A stretch of DNA of 64,000 nt, taken from Limnochordales bacterium. Its GTDB lineage: Bacteria; Bacillota; Limnochordia; Limnochordales; ZCTH02-B6. Below the pieces are notes generated by a model. It was given only the letters and a program-made list of their open reading frames with translations, ran no database searches and was not told the DNA's origin. The translations under genes were made by a program, and so were the position numbers. Shown here piece after piece: positions 1 through 9,698 of the stretch (the stretch's first letter is position 1; each line of letters begins with the position of its first letter). The stretch spans positions 1,880 to 65,879 of the forward strand of contig DATGPV010000061.1 in the NCBI GenBank assembly GCA_035304545.1. The letters are read 5' to 3'.

Positions 1-651
1 CCCGAGCACCACCAGCAGGGCCCCGCTGGCAAAGCGGATGCGCTCCGCGTAGGGCAGGAGGCGCTGGAGCGTCCCCCGCATGCGCCCCAGGAACGCCGTC
101 AGCAGCAGGAAGGGCACCGCCAGGCCCGCCGCGTAGGCCAGGAGCAGCAGGCCCCCCTGAACGGCCGTCTCCGCCGTCCCCGCGAGCACCAGCACGCTGG
201 CCAGCACCGGGCCGATGCAGGGCGTCCAGCCCGCGGCGAAGGTGGCGCCCAAGAGCAGGGAATTCCACGGTCCCGGCGTACGCACCCGCACGTGGAGCCG
301 CCGCTCCCGGTCAAAGGCCAGCACCCGCAAGATGCCCATCATGTAGAGCCCGAAGGCGATGACCACCAGGCCCCCCAGGCGCCGCAGCAGGGGCAGGTTG
401 CCCACAAGAAACCGCCCGAGGGCGCTCGCGCCCAAGCCCATGGCCACAAACACCATGGAAAACCCCAGCACGAAGAAGACGCCGTTGAGCAACAGCCGGC
501 GCCGCTGGCCCCCATCTCCCTGGCTCAGCTCATCCAGGCTGCTGCCCGTCAAGAACGTGACGTAGGCCGGGATCAAGGGCAACACGCACGGTGAAACGAA
601 GGACACCACGCCCGCGGCAAAGGCCAGCGGGAACGTCACCTGTTCCGGCAT
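1..651 (-). CDS. ccdA: Cytochrome c biogenesis thiol:disulfide transporter, CcdA/DsbD family (C-terminus runs off the window; absent from ORF track)
   Basis: The minus-strand frame is open from ATG 651..649 (or GTG 654) to the window edge. Hand translation gives MPEQVTFPLAFAAGVVSFVSPCVLPLIPAYVTFLTG...GATFAAGWTPCIGPVLASVLVLAG..., which carries both CcdA Cys motifs. It lies directly downstream of ccmD. Confidence 0.8.
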   Translation of the reverse strand, partial: MPEQVTFPLAFAAGVVSFVSPCVLPLIPAYVTFLTGSSLDELSQGDGGQRRRLLLNGVFFVLGFSMVFVAMGLGASALGRFLVGNLPLLRRLGGLVVIAFGLYMMGILRVLAFDRERRLHVRVRTPGPWNSLLLGATFAAGWTPCIGPVLASVLVLAGTAETAVQGGLLLLAYAAGLAVPFLLLTAFLGRMRGTLQRLLPYAERIRFASGALLVVLG

Positions 652-663
652 CACGGCCAGCCA

Positions 664-813
664 TCACCCCATCCTCCGCCCGGCGCCTTTGTCCAGGGCG
701 GCGGACAGATCCGCCACCTCCTCGGCCAAGCGCCGCTGGCGCGCGCCCAGCATGGCCACGTACGCGGCCAAGAGCAGCCAAAACACGCTGTATCCCAGAA
801 ACAAGAAGGTCAT
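664..813 (-). CDS. ccmD: Haem exporter protein D (small single-TM CcmD; below ORF-track size cut-off)
   Basis: Hand translation gives MTFLFLGYSVFWLLLAAYVAMLGARQRRLAEEVADLSAALDKGAGRRMG (49 aa, one TM helix plus a charged tail). The ATG is 2 nt after the ccmC stop, and GGAGGTGGAG lies upstream. Its position between ccmC and ccdA fits CcmD. Confidence 0.6.
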   Translation of the reverse strand: MTFLFLGYSVFWLLLAAYVAMLGARQRRLAEEVADLSAALDKGAGRRMG

Positions 814-815
814 GG

Positions 816-1532
816 TCAGGACTCCACCTCCAAGCGGACCCGCTCCCGCAGGAGGGCCACCCGCCGGCTCAAATGCTCAAGATCGACGCGGTAGGCCAAC
901 AGGGCGGCGTTGACCAGGGTCAGGGCCGCGACGGCCACCAACATAGTGACGATCATTTCCGGATCCATGTTCATCCGGGGCGTCCCGCCCTGAAACTGCA
1001 CGATGTTGGGGTGCATGCCCCGCCACCAGGTGGCCGAAAAATGCACCAGGGGCACCGTCGCGAAAGCGGCGATGCCAAACACCGCCGCCAGCCGCCCCCG
1101 CCGTTCCTCTCCCTCAGCCGCGGCCCGCACCAGCAAGTACGCGATGTACATGAACCACATGATGAGGGTCGTCGTCAGGCGGGGATCCCACGTCCACCAG
1201 ACGTTCCACACGGCCCGGGCCCAGAAGCTGCCCGTGGCCAGGGTCAGGGTGGTAAACAGGATCCCGATCTCCGCGGCCGAGGCCGCCACCGCGTCCAGGG
1301 CGGGCCGCCGGCGCAGCAAATACCCGATGCTGGTCACAAACACGATGAGAAAGGCCAAGTAGGCGTTCCACGCGGAGCCCACGTGGATGTAAAAGATGCG
1401 CTGGACGGTGCCCAGGGTCCGCTCGTCGGGCGCCCAAATCAAGGCCATGTACATGGCAAAGACGACGGCAGGTGCGGCGATGGCCAGCAAGACGGCGGCG
1501 GTCTTTTTTGGGCGGGTCGTCGGCACAGTCAT
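816..1532 (-). CDS. ccmC: Haem exporter / haem lyase subunit CcmC
   Basis: 238-aa polytopic membrane ORF with the tryptophan-rich WWD motif (AVWNVWWTWDPRLT) and flanking His residues. Confidence 0.9.
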   Translation of the reverse strand: MTVPTTRPKKTAAVLLAIAAPAVVFAMYMALIWAPDERTLGTVQRIFYIHVGSAWNAYLAFLIVFVTSIGYLLRRRPALDAVAASAAEIGILFTTLTLATGSFWARAVWNVWWTWDPRLTTTLIMWFMYIAYLLVRAAAEGEERRGRLAAVFGIAAFATVPLVHFSATWWRGMHPNIVQFQGGTPRMNMDPEMIVTMLVAVAALTLVNAALLAYRVDLEHLSRRVALLRERVRLEVES

Positions 1533-2206
1533 ACCTCCACCACGTATTCAAAGATCAGGTAGGGAACGCCCCAAAACAAAAGGTTGTACATGATCAGCAG
1601 ATGCACCCAGGACCGCGCCGTCCCCCAGCCGCCCGTCTCCAAGAGCGCGTCGGTCAGGTGCACGGCGGCCAGCACCACCGGCACCAGCAGCGGAAACAGG
1701 AGGACCGGGTACAGGACGTCCCCCGCCCGCAGCTGCGCGGCGACGGCGGACACAAGGGTGCCCACCCCGCTGTAGGCCAGGAGCACCAGCCCCACCGTCG
1801 CGGTCCACAGCCAAAGGGGGGCCTCCAGCCGCTGCCCAAACACGGCAAAGAAAGCCGGCATCGTCACCAGGGCCACCATGGCCAGGAACAGAAACGCGGA
1901 CAAGCCCTTGGCCAGAAAAATCGCGCTGCGATCGACGGGCGCCAGCAAGAGCCCCCACAGCCGCCCCTCGGCCCGCTCCCGGGCGAAGCTGCGGCCCAGC
2001 CCCACGGTGCCCGCGAAGAACACCGCCGTCCACAGGCTGGCCGTAAACACGCCCTCGAGGCGCGCCGCCGCGGGCGGCAGTGCGAAGACGATGACCAGCA
2101 GGAGCAGCAAGGCCAGCAAGGCCGGCGTCAGCACCGCTTCCCCGGTGCGCCACTCCAAGCGCAGGTCTTTCCACACGATTGCGGCCAGCGCCCGCGCCCA
2201 GCTCAC
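1529..2206 (-). CDS. ccmB: Haem exporter permease CcmB
   Basis: The membrane part of ORF 1529..2494 (SWARALAAIVWKDLRLEWRTGE...) is CcmB-like. I chose the GTG at 2206 because it overlaps the ccmA stop (GTGA). The Gly/Arg-rich upstream extension in the track is not credible. Confidence 0.85.
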   Translation of the reverse strand: MSWARALAAIVWKDLRLEWRTGEAVLTPALLALLLLLVIVFALPPAAARLEGVFTASLWTAVFFAGTVGLGRSFARERAEGRLWGLLLAPVDRSAIFLAKGLSAFLFLAMVALVTMPAFFAVFGQRLEAPLWLWTATVGLVLLAYSGVGTLVSAVAAQLRAGDVLYPVLLFPLLVPVVLAAVHLTDALLETGGWGTARSWVHLLIMYNLLFWGVPYLIFEYVVEV

Positions 2207-2997
2207 GGGCCCGATTCCCCCTCCGGCGCCCCGGCGGACAGGACCGCAGCCGTCGCGCCCACCGCTGCCCCGGAGGGCCCGGCCGCCTGCGGGCGCTCCG
2301 GGTGGAGCAACCGGCCGTATTCTCCGCCAAACCGGTCGGGGTCCCAGGCGGCGGTATCCAACAGGCGCGCGAGGCGGCCCCGCAGGAGCACCGCGGCCCG
2401 GTCCGCCACCGGCCACGCGGTGCGCCACTCGTGGGCCACCAGGATGACACTGGTGCCCCGGGCCCGCTCCGCGGCCAAAAGATCCGTCAGCCAAGCGCTC
2501 CAGCGGGCATCCAGCCCCGCGTAGGGTTCGTCCAGCAGCAGCACCGACGGGCGGTGCAAGAGGGCCCGCACCAAGGCCAACCGCTGCTTCATTCCGCGGG
2601 ACAGCCGTCCCGCGGGCTCCCGGGCCACCAAGCGCAGGCCGGCAGCATCCACCATGCCCTCCGCCCGCCGCCGGGCATCGGGAACGCCAAAGAGGCGAGC
2701 CGCGAACACCAGGTTGTCCACGACCGTCAGTTCATCGTACAGCAGCGTCTCGTGCAGCACCACGCCCAGGCGCCGCCGCAGCGCCGGACCCCACCGGGAC
2801 GCCGGCCGCCCGTCGTACAAGATCTCGCCGCCGGTGGGCGGCAACAGCCCGGCCATCACCTTGAGCAGCGTGCTCTTGCCGGCCCCGTTGGGCCCGCACA
2901 GCAGCAAGGTCTGGCCCGGCTCCACCGACAAGGTGACGGCGTCCAGCAGGCGGCGCCCATCGACGCGCCGCGTCACGGCCCGCAGGTCAACGTGCAA
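2203..2997 (-). CDS. ccmA: Haem exporter ATP-binding protein CcmA (ABC ATPase)
   Basis: Walker A (GPNGAGKST), ABC signature (LSRGMKQR) and Walker B (LLLDEP) are present. The start is placed at TTG 2997, just after the ccmE stop. The track's upstream extension overlaps ccmE and looks non-coding, and the start remains uncertain. Confidence 0.8.
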   Translation of the reverse strand: MHVDLRAVTRRVDGRRLLDAVTLSVEPGQTLLLCGPNGAGKSTLLKVMAGLLPPTGGEILYDGRPASRWGPALRRRLGVVLHETLLYDELTVVDNLVFAARLFGVPDARRRAEGMVDAAGLRLVAREPAGRLSRGMKQRLALVRALLHRPSVLLLDEPYAGLDARWSAWLTDLLAAERARGTSVILVAHEWRTAWPVADRAAVLLRGRLARLLDTAAWDPDRFGGEYGRLLHPERPQAAGPSGAAVGATAAVLSAGAPEGESGP

Positions 2998-2998
2998 G

Positions 2999-3475
2999 CT
3001 AGCGCCCTCCGCGCCAGCCCGAGCTGTACGACTCGTACAGCACCCCGTCGATTTCCTCGTAGTGGGGCGCGGCGCCGTCGGGCCGGTCGGCGGCCTCGTA
3101 CTTGGACACGCACTGGACCAGCAGCCGGTCCACCTCAAACACGCCGCTGGCGTTAAAGGTCCCCTCGAGGACGACGTTGGTGCCGTCGATCAAGTTGTCC
3201 GGGCGCACGCCCCGGTACACCGCGGGCACCCGGTGGCCGTTTTCCACCACGTCAAAGGTCAGCATGAAGTCCCGGGAATCCCACTGGATGGTGTCGCCGG
3301 GCACTTGGCCGGCGATGCGGACCCAGCGTCCCTGCAAGCTGTCCCGGCGCGCCAGGGCCTCGTCGACGGTAAGATAGTACATGGTCGTGTTGGATGCGGC
3401 GGTGGCGATCAGGTATACGAGAATGACGCCCACCAGCGCGAGGGCTGCCGTCACCTTGCGCTTGCGGGGATCCAT
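2999..3475 (-). CDS. ccmE: Cytochrome c maturation haem chaperone CcmE, Cys-type (CxxxY) variant
   Basis: 158 aa with an N-terminal anchor (VTAALALVGVILVYLI) and an OB-fold region. The C-terminal LLVQCVSKYEA aligns with E. coli VLAKHDENY, so Cys replaces the haem-binding His. Confidence 0.85.
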   Translation of the reverse strand: MDPRKRKVTAALALVGVILVYLIATAASNTTMYYLTVDEALARRDSLQGRWVRIAGQVPGDTIQWDSRDFMLTFDVVENGHRVPAVYRGVRPDNLIDGTNVVLEGTFNASGVFEVDRLLVQCVSKYEAADRPDGAAPHYEEIDGVLYESYSSGWRGGR

Positions 3476-3673
3476 GGGCCGACGCTCCCTCCTGGCGTTC
3501 TGGTCTCAGTCTAACAAAACGGCCGGGGCCGGACAAGGGTTCTGCCCGGGGCGGCGGTCCCGGCCGGGGACGAGCCGCCGCCCCTAACCTGGGCCGGCCC
3601 CCCGCCGCGGCCAACAGGATATTCGGCGGCCCCCGCGGAACCTTCGAGCAAGGACAAGCGAGGTGGGCAAGGC

Positions 3674-4162
3674 GTGGACCACGTGCTGGTGATGGTGGAA
3701 ATCCCCCGGGGCAGCCGCAACAAGTACGAGTACGACAAGGAACTGGGCCGTTTCGTGCTGGATCGCATGCTGTTTTCCGCGGTGCATTACCCCGCCGACT
3801 ACGGCTTCATTCCCGACACCTTGGCCGAAGACGGGGATGCCCTGGACGCGCTGGTCCTGGTGGGCGAAGCCACCTTCCCCGGCTGCGTCATCCGGGCCCG
3901 CCCCATCGGCGTCTTTGAGATGTGGGACGAAAAGGGCCCCGATGAAAAGATCCTGGCGGTGCCCATCAGCGACCCCCAGTGGAATTGGGTCAAAGACCTG
4001 TCCGACGTGCCCCCGCACCTGCTGCGGGAGATCACCCACTTCTTCCAGGTGTACAAGGACTTAGAAGACAAGAAAACCCGCGTCGGCGGCTGGAAAGATC
4101 GGGAAGTCGCCTGGCAGGTTATCGCGGACGCCAAGGACCGCTACAGGCAGGCCCAGGCCTGA
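3674..4162 (+). CDS. ppa: Inorganic pyrophosphatase (family I)
   Basis: 162 aa: VMVEIPRGSRNKYEYDKELGRFVLDRML...YPADYGFIPDTLAEDGDALDALVL. This is the canonical family I PPase signature. Confidence 0.95.
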   Translation: MDHVLVMVEIPRGSRNKYEYDKELGRFVLDRMLFSAVHYPADYGFIPDTLAEDGDALDALVLVGEATFPGCVIRARPIGVFEMWDEKGPDEKILAVPISDPQWNWVKDLSDVPPHLLREITHFFQVYKDLEDKKTRVGGWKDREVAWQVIADAKDRYRQAQA

Positions 4163-4210
4163 GCCCCCGGCCGCGGGGCTCAGGCCCGTCCGCCCTCGGG
4201 ATGACGGCCC

Positions 4211-5833
4211 TCAGCCGCGGGCCGCGGCTGCGGACACCGATGCGGTGCGGGGCTCCACGCCGCAGATCATCAAGCCGTATTCGACGCTGTCCACCAGGGC
4301 GATCCAGCTGGCCTCGATGATGTTGGTGGACACGCCCACCGTTCCCCACGACCGCCCGTCGCAGGCGCTTTGGATAAGCACCCGCACCTTGGCGCCGGTG
4401 CCGCCGTCTTCGTTGAGCACCCGCACCTTGTAGTCGGTGAGGTGGATGCGGGCCAGGGCCGGGTAGATGTCCACCAGCGCCTTGCGCAGCGCGTTGTCCA
4501 AGGCGTTCACGGGGCCGTTGCCTTCCGCGGCCGTGTGCACCACGGCGTCGCCTACCCGCACCTTGATGATGGCCTCCGCCGACGGCTCCTCGCCCATGTC
4601 GTCCTTGGCGATGATGAGGCGCAGCCCTTCCAGGGCAAAGTAGGGCCGGTACTGGCCCACGGCCTTCTTGAGCAGCAGCTCAAAGGAGCCTTCGGCCGCT
4701 TCGAAATAGTACCCCTGGTGCTCCAATTGCTTGATGGTGGCCACCACTTCTTTGAGGGCCGGCGAATCCTTGTCCAGCTCGATGCCCCGCTCGCGGGCCT
4801 TGTAGATGACGTTGCTGCCCCCCGACAGCTCCGACACCAGCACCCGCCGCTCGTTGCCCACCAGCTCCGGCGGGATATGTTCGTAGGTTTCGGGGTGCTT
4901 GAGCACGGCGCTGACGTGGATGCCCCCCTTATGGGCAAAGACGCTGCGCCCCACAAAGGGATGGTGGTCGTTGGGGGCCTTGTTGGCCAGTTCGCTGACA
5001 AACCGGGACAGGTCTGTCAACGTCCGCATCTGCTCGTCGTCGATGCACCGGTAGCCCATCTTGAGCTGCAGGTTGGGGATGACCTGGATCAAGTCCGCGT
5101 TGCCGCACCGCTCCCCGTAGCCGTTGATGGTCCCCTGCACGTGGCGGGCGCCGGCCCGCACCGCGGCCAGGCTGTTGGCCACGCCCAACCCGCAGTCGTT
5201 GTGGGCGTGGATGCCGATGACGCCGGGCACCTGCTCCCGCACCGCGGTCACGATCTCGAAAATCTCATGGGGCATGGTGCCGCCGTTGGTGTCGCACAGT
5301 ACCAGCACGCTCGCGCCGGCCTCGTGGGCGGCCAGCAAGGTTTCCAGGGCATAGGTGGGGTTGCGCTTGTAGCCGTCAAAGAAGTGCTCGGCGTCGTAAA
5401 TGACCTCAAGCCCATGGGCCTTGAGGTAGCGCACGCTGTCCCCGATCATGGCCAAATTCTCTTCCAGCGTCGTGCCCAACGCGTGGGTCACGTGGAAGTC
5501 CCAGGACTTGCCGAAGATCGAGGCCACGCCCACGCCCGCGGCCAAAATGGCCTGCAGGTTGGGATCATCTTCGGGCGCGACCCCCGCCCGGCGGGTGCTG
5601 CCGAAGGCGGTAACCCGCGCCCTGTGGAGGGGCACGTCCCGGATGCGCTGGAAAAACTCCACATCCTTGGGGTTGGAGCCGGGCCACCCGCCCTCGACGT
5701 AGTCGATGCCAAACCGGTCCAGGCGCTGGGCGATGCGCACCTTATCCTCGGCCGAGAAGGACACGCCCTCGCCCTGGGTCCCGTCCCGCAAGGTCGTGTC
5801 AAAGAGCTGGATGCGTTCTGCGGCTTGTGCCAT
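4211..5833 (-). CDS. cimA: Citramalate synthase (LeuA/NifV-family, long CimA type)
   Basis: 540 aa: [54 protein letters not shown]. This is an HMGL-like barrel plus a LeuA-dimer-like C-terminal domain. It is a second family member in the same operon as leuA. Confidence 0.8.
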   Translation of the reverse strand: MAQAAERIQLFDTTLRDGTQGEGVSFSAEDKVRIAQRLDRFGIDYVEGGWPGSNPKDVEFFQRIRDVPLHRARVTAFGSTRRAGVAPEDDPNLQAILAAGVGVASIFGKSWDFHVTHALGTTLEENLAMIGDSVRYLKAHGLEVIYDAEHFFDGYKRNPTYALETLLAAHEAGASVLVLCDTNGGTMPHEIFEIVTAVREQVPGVIGIHAHNDCGLGVANSLAAVRAGARHVQGTINGYGERCGNADLIQVIPNLQLKMGYRCIDDEQMRTLTDLSRFVSELANKAPNDHHPFVGRSVFAHKGGIHVSAVLKHPETYEHIPPELVGNERRVLVSELSGGSNVIYKARERGIELDKDSPALKEVVATIKQLEHQGYYFEAAEGSFELLLKKAVGQYRPYFALEGLRLIIAKDDMGEEPSAEAIIKVRVGDAVVHTAAEGNGPVNALDNALRKALVDIYPALARIHLTDYKVRVLNEDGGTGAKVRVLIQSACDGRSWGTVGVSTNIIEASWIALVDSVEYGLMICGVEPRTASVSAAAARG

Positions 5834-5853
5834 GCTCTGCCCTGCCCCTCCCC

Positions 5854-6465
5854 TTACTCCGTCCCGGTCATGCCCCAGATGCGGTGCGTCTGCTCAAAGG
5901 CCCGGATCTTGTCCTCGTACTGGAGGGTGATGCCGATGTCGTCCAGCCCTTCCAGCAGACAATGACGGCGGAAGGGGTCCACCTCGAAGGGCAGCGCCAG
6001 CCCGGCGTCGTCCCGCACTTGGCACGCTTCCAAGTCCACCGTCAGGCGGTAGCCCGGCTGCGACCAGGTCCGCCGGAACAGCTCATCCACCTGCTCCTCG
6101 GGCAAGCGCACGGGCAAGATGCCGTTCTGGAAACAGTTGTTATAGAAAATGTCCGCGAAGGACGGCGCGATGATGACCCGGAAACCGTAGTCCAGAAGCG
6201 CCCACGGCGCGTGTTCCCGGGACGATCCGCAGCCGAAGTTGCTGCGGGTCAGCAGGATGCTGGCACCCTGGTAGCGGGGCTCGTTGAGGACGAAATCCGG
6301 GTTGGGCGTGCCGTCCTCAAGAAACCGCCAGTCAAAAAAGAGGAACTGCCCGAATCCCGTGCGCTCGATGCGCTTCAGGAACTGCTTCGGAATGATTTGG
6401 TCGGTGTCGACGTTCACCCGATCCAAGGGCGCCACCAGCCCCGTGTGCACGCGCAAGGGTTCCAT
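5854..6465 (-). CDS. leuD: 3-isopropylmalate dehydratase small subunit
   Basis: [48 protein letters not shown]... The ATG at 6465 is preceded by GGGAGGTG. The upstream part of track ORF 5854..6657 is Gly/Arg/Pro junk. Confidence 0.9.
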   Translation of the reverse strand: MEPLRVHTGLVAPLDRVNVDTDQIIPKQFLKRIERTGFGQFLFFDWRFLEDGTPNPDFVLNEPRYQGASILLTRSNFGCGSSREHAPWALLDYGFRVIIAPSFADIFYNNCFQNGILPVRLPEEQVDELFRRTWSQPGYRLTVDLEACQVRDDAGLALPFEVDPFRRHCLLEGLDDIGITLQYEDKIRAFEQTHRIWGMTGTE

Positions 6466-6610
6466 GAAAAACCGCACCTCCCGTTGCATTTCCCCGCAGG
6501 CGGGCCGCGGCCCGGCCCCAACCCGGCGCCGGGAACGGCCGCCCGGCCCGGGGAGGCCACCCGGGGCGGCTAAAGGCTCCCGCGGCCGGCCGCCCCGGTC
6601 CCCCGCCGCG

Positions 6611-8035
6611 TTACCCCGCGAACTCCTCGGCCAGATCCCACTCGCGGATATCCACAAAGTGGCCCGCGATGGCGGCCGCGGCGGCCATCTGCGGGCTGAC
6701 GAGATGGGTCCGCCCGCCCCGGCCCTGGCGGCCTTCGAAGTTGCGGTTGGACGTGGACGCGCAGCGCTCGCCCGGCGCGAGGATGTCCGGGTTCATGCCC
6801 AGGCACATGCTGCAGCCGGCCTCCCGCCACTCAAAGCCGGCGGCCTTGAAAATCTGGTCCAGGCCTTCCTTTTCCGCCTGCTTCTTGACCCATTGCGAAC
6901 CCGGCACCACCATGGCCCGCACGTGGGGCGCCACCCGGCGGCCCTTGACCACCGCGGCCGCGGCCCGCAAATCGTCCAGCCGCGCATTGGTGCAGGAGCC
7001 GATAAACACCCGGTCGATGCGGATCTCCTGGATGGGCGTGCCGGGCTCCAGGCCCATGTACTCCAGGGCCCGCTCCGCGGCCTTGCGTTCGTTGGGATCG
7101 TCAAAGGAGCTGGGATCGGGCACGACGCCCGTCACCGGCACCACCTGGCCCGGGTTGGTGCCCCAGCTGACCATGGGCTGCAGCTTGGCCGCGTCGATTT
7201 CCACCCGGGTGTCAAAGCGGGCGCCGGGATCGGTGGGCAGCTTTTCCCACTCGGCTACGGCCCGCTCGAAGTCCTTGCCCTTGGGCGCGTACCGCCGCCC
7301 TTCCAAGTACTTAAAGGTCGTCGCGTCGGGGGCGATCATGCCGGCCCGGGCGCCTGCCTCGATGGACATGTTGCAGATGGTCATCCGCTCTTCCATGCTG
7401 AAGTTGCGGATGCACTTGCCCGTGTACTCCACCACGTGGCCCGTGGCGCCGGCGGTGCCGATCTGCCCGATAATGCCGAGGATGACGTCCTTGGCGGTGA
7501 CGCCATAAGGCAAGTCCCCGGCCACGTGGATCTCCATGGTCTTGGGCTTGTGCTGCAGCAGGCACTGGGTGGCCAGCACGTGCTCCACCTCGCTGGTGCC
7601 GATGCCAAAGGCCAAGGCGCCAAAGGCCCCGTGGGTGGAGGTGTGGCTGTCCCCGCACACGATGGTCTTGCCCGGCTGCGTCAGCCCCAGCTGCGGGCCG
7701 ATGACGTGCACGATCCCCTGGTCGGGGCTGAACAGGTCAAACAGGGTGATGCCAAACTCCTGACAGTTCTTGGCCAGGGCCTCCATCTGCCGGGCCGCGA
7801 TTTCGTCGGTCACCGGCAGGCTGCGGTCCCACGTGGGCACGTTGTGGTCCATGGTGGCAAAGGTCAAGTCGGGCCGGCGCACCCGGCGCCCCGCCAGCCG
7901 CAAGCCTTCAAAGGCCTGGGGCGACGTCACCTCGTGGACCAGGTGCAGGTCGATGTACAGGAGGGCCGGCTTGCCCGGCTCCTGGTGCACCACGTGGGCG
8001 TCCCAGATTTTTTCAAACATGGTGCGCGGTTGCAT
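6611..8035 (-). CDS. leuC: 3-isopropylmalate dehydratase large subunit
   Basis: 474 aa: [11 protein letters not shown]...[17 protein letters not shown]...[24 protein letters not shown]...IGSCTNAR. These are aconitase-family motifs. Confidence 0.95.
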   Translation of the reverse strand: MQPRTMFEKIWDAHVVHQEPGKPALLYIDLHLVHEVTSPQAFEGLRLAGRRVRRPDLTFATMDHNVPTWDRSLPVTDEIAARQMEALAKNCQEFGITLFDLFSPDQGIVHVIGPQLGLTQPGKTIVCGDSHTSTHGAFGALAFGIGTSEVEHVLATQCLLQHKPKTMEIHVAGDLPYGVTAKDVILGIIGQIGTAGATGHVVEYTGKCIRNFSMEERMTICNMSIEAGARAGMIAPDATTFKYLEGRRYAPKGKDFERAVAEWEKLPTDPGARFDTRVEIDAAKLQPMVSWGTNPGQVVPVTGVVPDPSSFDDPNERKAAERALEYMGLEPGTPIQEIRIDRVFIGSCTNARLDDLRAAAAVVKGRRVAPHVRAMVVPGSQWVKKQAEKEGLDQIFKAAGFEWREAGCSMCLGMNPDILAPGERCASTSNRNFEGRQGRGGRTHLVSPQMAAAAAIAGHFVDIREWDLAEEFAG

Positions 8036-8061
8036 TGCAGTCTCCCTCCCGGGTTGTCCCT

Positions 8062-9594
8062 CTAGCCCGCCATGCCGGGCGCGAACCTCTGCCGGTCGTA
8101 GACCAGCTTGTTGAGGGCCTGCAGGTACGCCCGGGCGCTGGCCTCGATGACGTCGGTGCTGGTGCCCCGGCCCACGTAGACGTTGCCGTTGTCCTGCACC
8201 TGCACCGTAACCTCGCCTAAGGCGTCCTTGCCGCTGGTGACCGCGTTCAAGGTGTAGCTGACCAGCTGCGTTTCCAGGCCCGTCACCCGGTCAATGGCCC
8301 GGTACACCGCATCCACCGGCCCGTCGCCGATGGCCGCCTCCTCCAACGCTTCACTGCCCTTGAGCAGCCGCACCGTCGCGGTGGGCACCGCCGCCGTGCC
8401 GGACGTGACGTGCAGGTAGTCCAGCACATACAGTTCGGGGATCCGGACCACCTCTTCCTCGATAATGGCCTGGATGTCCCGATCGCTCACCTGCTTCTTG
8501 CGGTCGGCCAGCTCCACGAAGCGCTCGTAGGCCCGTTGGATCTTTTCCTCGCTCAAGTCGTAGCCCAGCTCCTTGAGGCGCACCCGGAAGGCGTGGCGCC
8601 CCGAGTGCTTGCCCAGGACCAGGCGGCTCTGGCTGATGCCCACCGATTCGGGCGTCATGATCTCATAAGTGGTCCGCTCCTTGAGGAAACCGTCCTGATG
8701 AATGCCCGACTCGTGGGCGAACGCATTGTCGCCCACGATGGCCTTATTGGCCTGGATCTGCATGCCCGTCAGCGTGCTCACCAGCCGGCTGGTGCGGTAG
8801 ATCTGCTCGGTGACGATGCCGTGCTCCACCTTGTAGTGGTCATGGCGGGTCTTGAGGGCCATGACAATTTCTTCCAGGGCCGCGTTGCCCGCCCGCTCGC
8901 CGATGCCGTTGATGCAGCCTTCCACCTGGTCCGCGCCGGCTTCGATGGCGGCCAGGGAGTTGGCCACGGCCAGGCCCAGGTCATCGTGGCAGTGCACGCT
9001 GATGACCACGTCGTCGATGCCCGGCGTGTTTTCCTTGACGTAGCGGATCAGGGCCGCGTACTCGCCGGGCGTCGTGTAGCCCACGGTGTCAGGGATGTTG
9101 ATGGTGGTGGCGCCGGCTTCAATGGCGGCGGCAAAGATGCGGCACAGGAAATCCCAGTCGCTGCGGGTCGCGTCCTCGGCGGAAAACTCCACGTCGTCCA
9201 CAAACTCCCGCGCGTACTTGACGGCCGCGACCGCCATGGCCACCACTTCGTCAGGCGTCTTGCGCAGCTTGTGGCGCATGTGGATGTCGGAAGTGGCGAT
9301 GAAGGTGTGGATGCGGGGGCGCGCCGCGGGCCGCAGGGCTTCCGCCGCCTTCTCGATGTCCAGCTTGTTGGCCCGGGCCAAAGCGGCGATGACCGGTCCC
9401 CGCACTTCCCTGGCGATGAGCTGCACCGCCTGCAGGTCGCCCGGGGAGGCCACCGGAAACCCCGCCTCGATGATGTCCACCCCCAGGCGCGCCAGCTGCC
9501 GGGCGATCTCCAGCTTTTCCTGGGCGTTGAGGTTGACGCCGGGCGACTGCTCGCCGTCCCGCAGCGTCGTGTCAAAAAACCGAATCCGCCGCAT
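8062..9594 (-). CDS. leuA: 2-isopropylmalate synthase
   Basis: [47 protein letters not shown]...[16 protein letters not shown]. The ATG at 9594 follows AAGGAGG. Confidence 0.95.
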   Translation of the reverse strand: MRRIRFFDTTLRDGEQSPGVNLNAQEKLEIARQLARLGVDIIEAGFPVASPGDLQAVQLIAREVRGPVIAALARANKLDIEKAAEALRPAARPRIHTFIATSDIHMRHKLRKTPDEVVAMAVAAVKYAREFVDDVEFSAEDATRSDWDFLCRIFAAAIEAGATTINIPDTVGYTTPGEYAALIRYVKENTPGIDDVVISVHCHDDLGLAVANSLAAIEAGADQVEGCINGIGERAGNAALEEIVMALKTRHDHYKVEHGIVTEQIYRTSRLVSTLTGMQIQANKAIVGDNAFAHESGIHQDGFLKERTTYEIMTPESVGISQSRLVLGKHSGRHAFRVRLKELGYDLSEEKIQRAYERFVELADRKKQVSDRDIQAIIEEEVVRIPELYVLDYLHVTSGTAAVPTATVRLLKGSEALEEAAIGDGPVDAVYRAIDRVTGLETQLVSYTLNAVTSGKDALGEVTVQVQDNGNVYVGRGTSTDVIEASARAYLQALNKLVYDRQRFAPGMAG

Positions 9595-9698
9595 ACTGCC
9601 GACCTCCTTACCCTTTTGCGCAGCCCGCCGTCCCAGGAGCGGGCCCGCCCGACGGTCTGCGCGGCCGCCTGCGGACCGGGCTGAGCCGGCCCCGCCGG

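Noticed and set aside
651-666. ccmD and ccdA are in the same reading frame, separated by a TGA plus four codons. I briefly considered readthrough or Sec recoding producing a fusion.
   Set aside because: There is no SECIS-like structure and no family precedent. CcmD normally ends with a short charged tail, and an ATG/GTG restart 12-15 nt downstream explains the arrangement.
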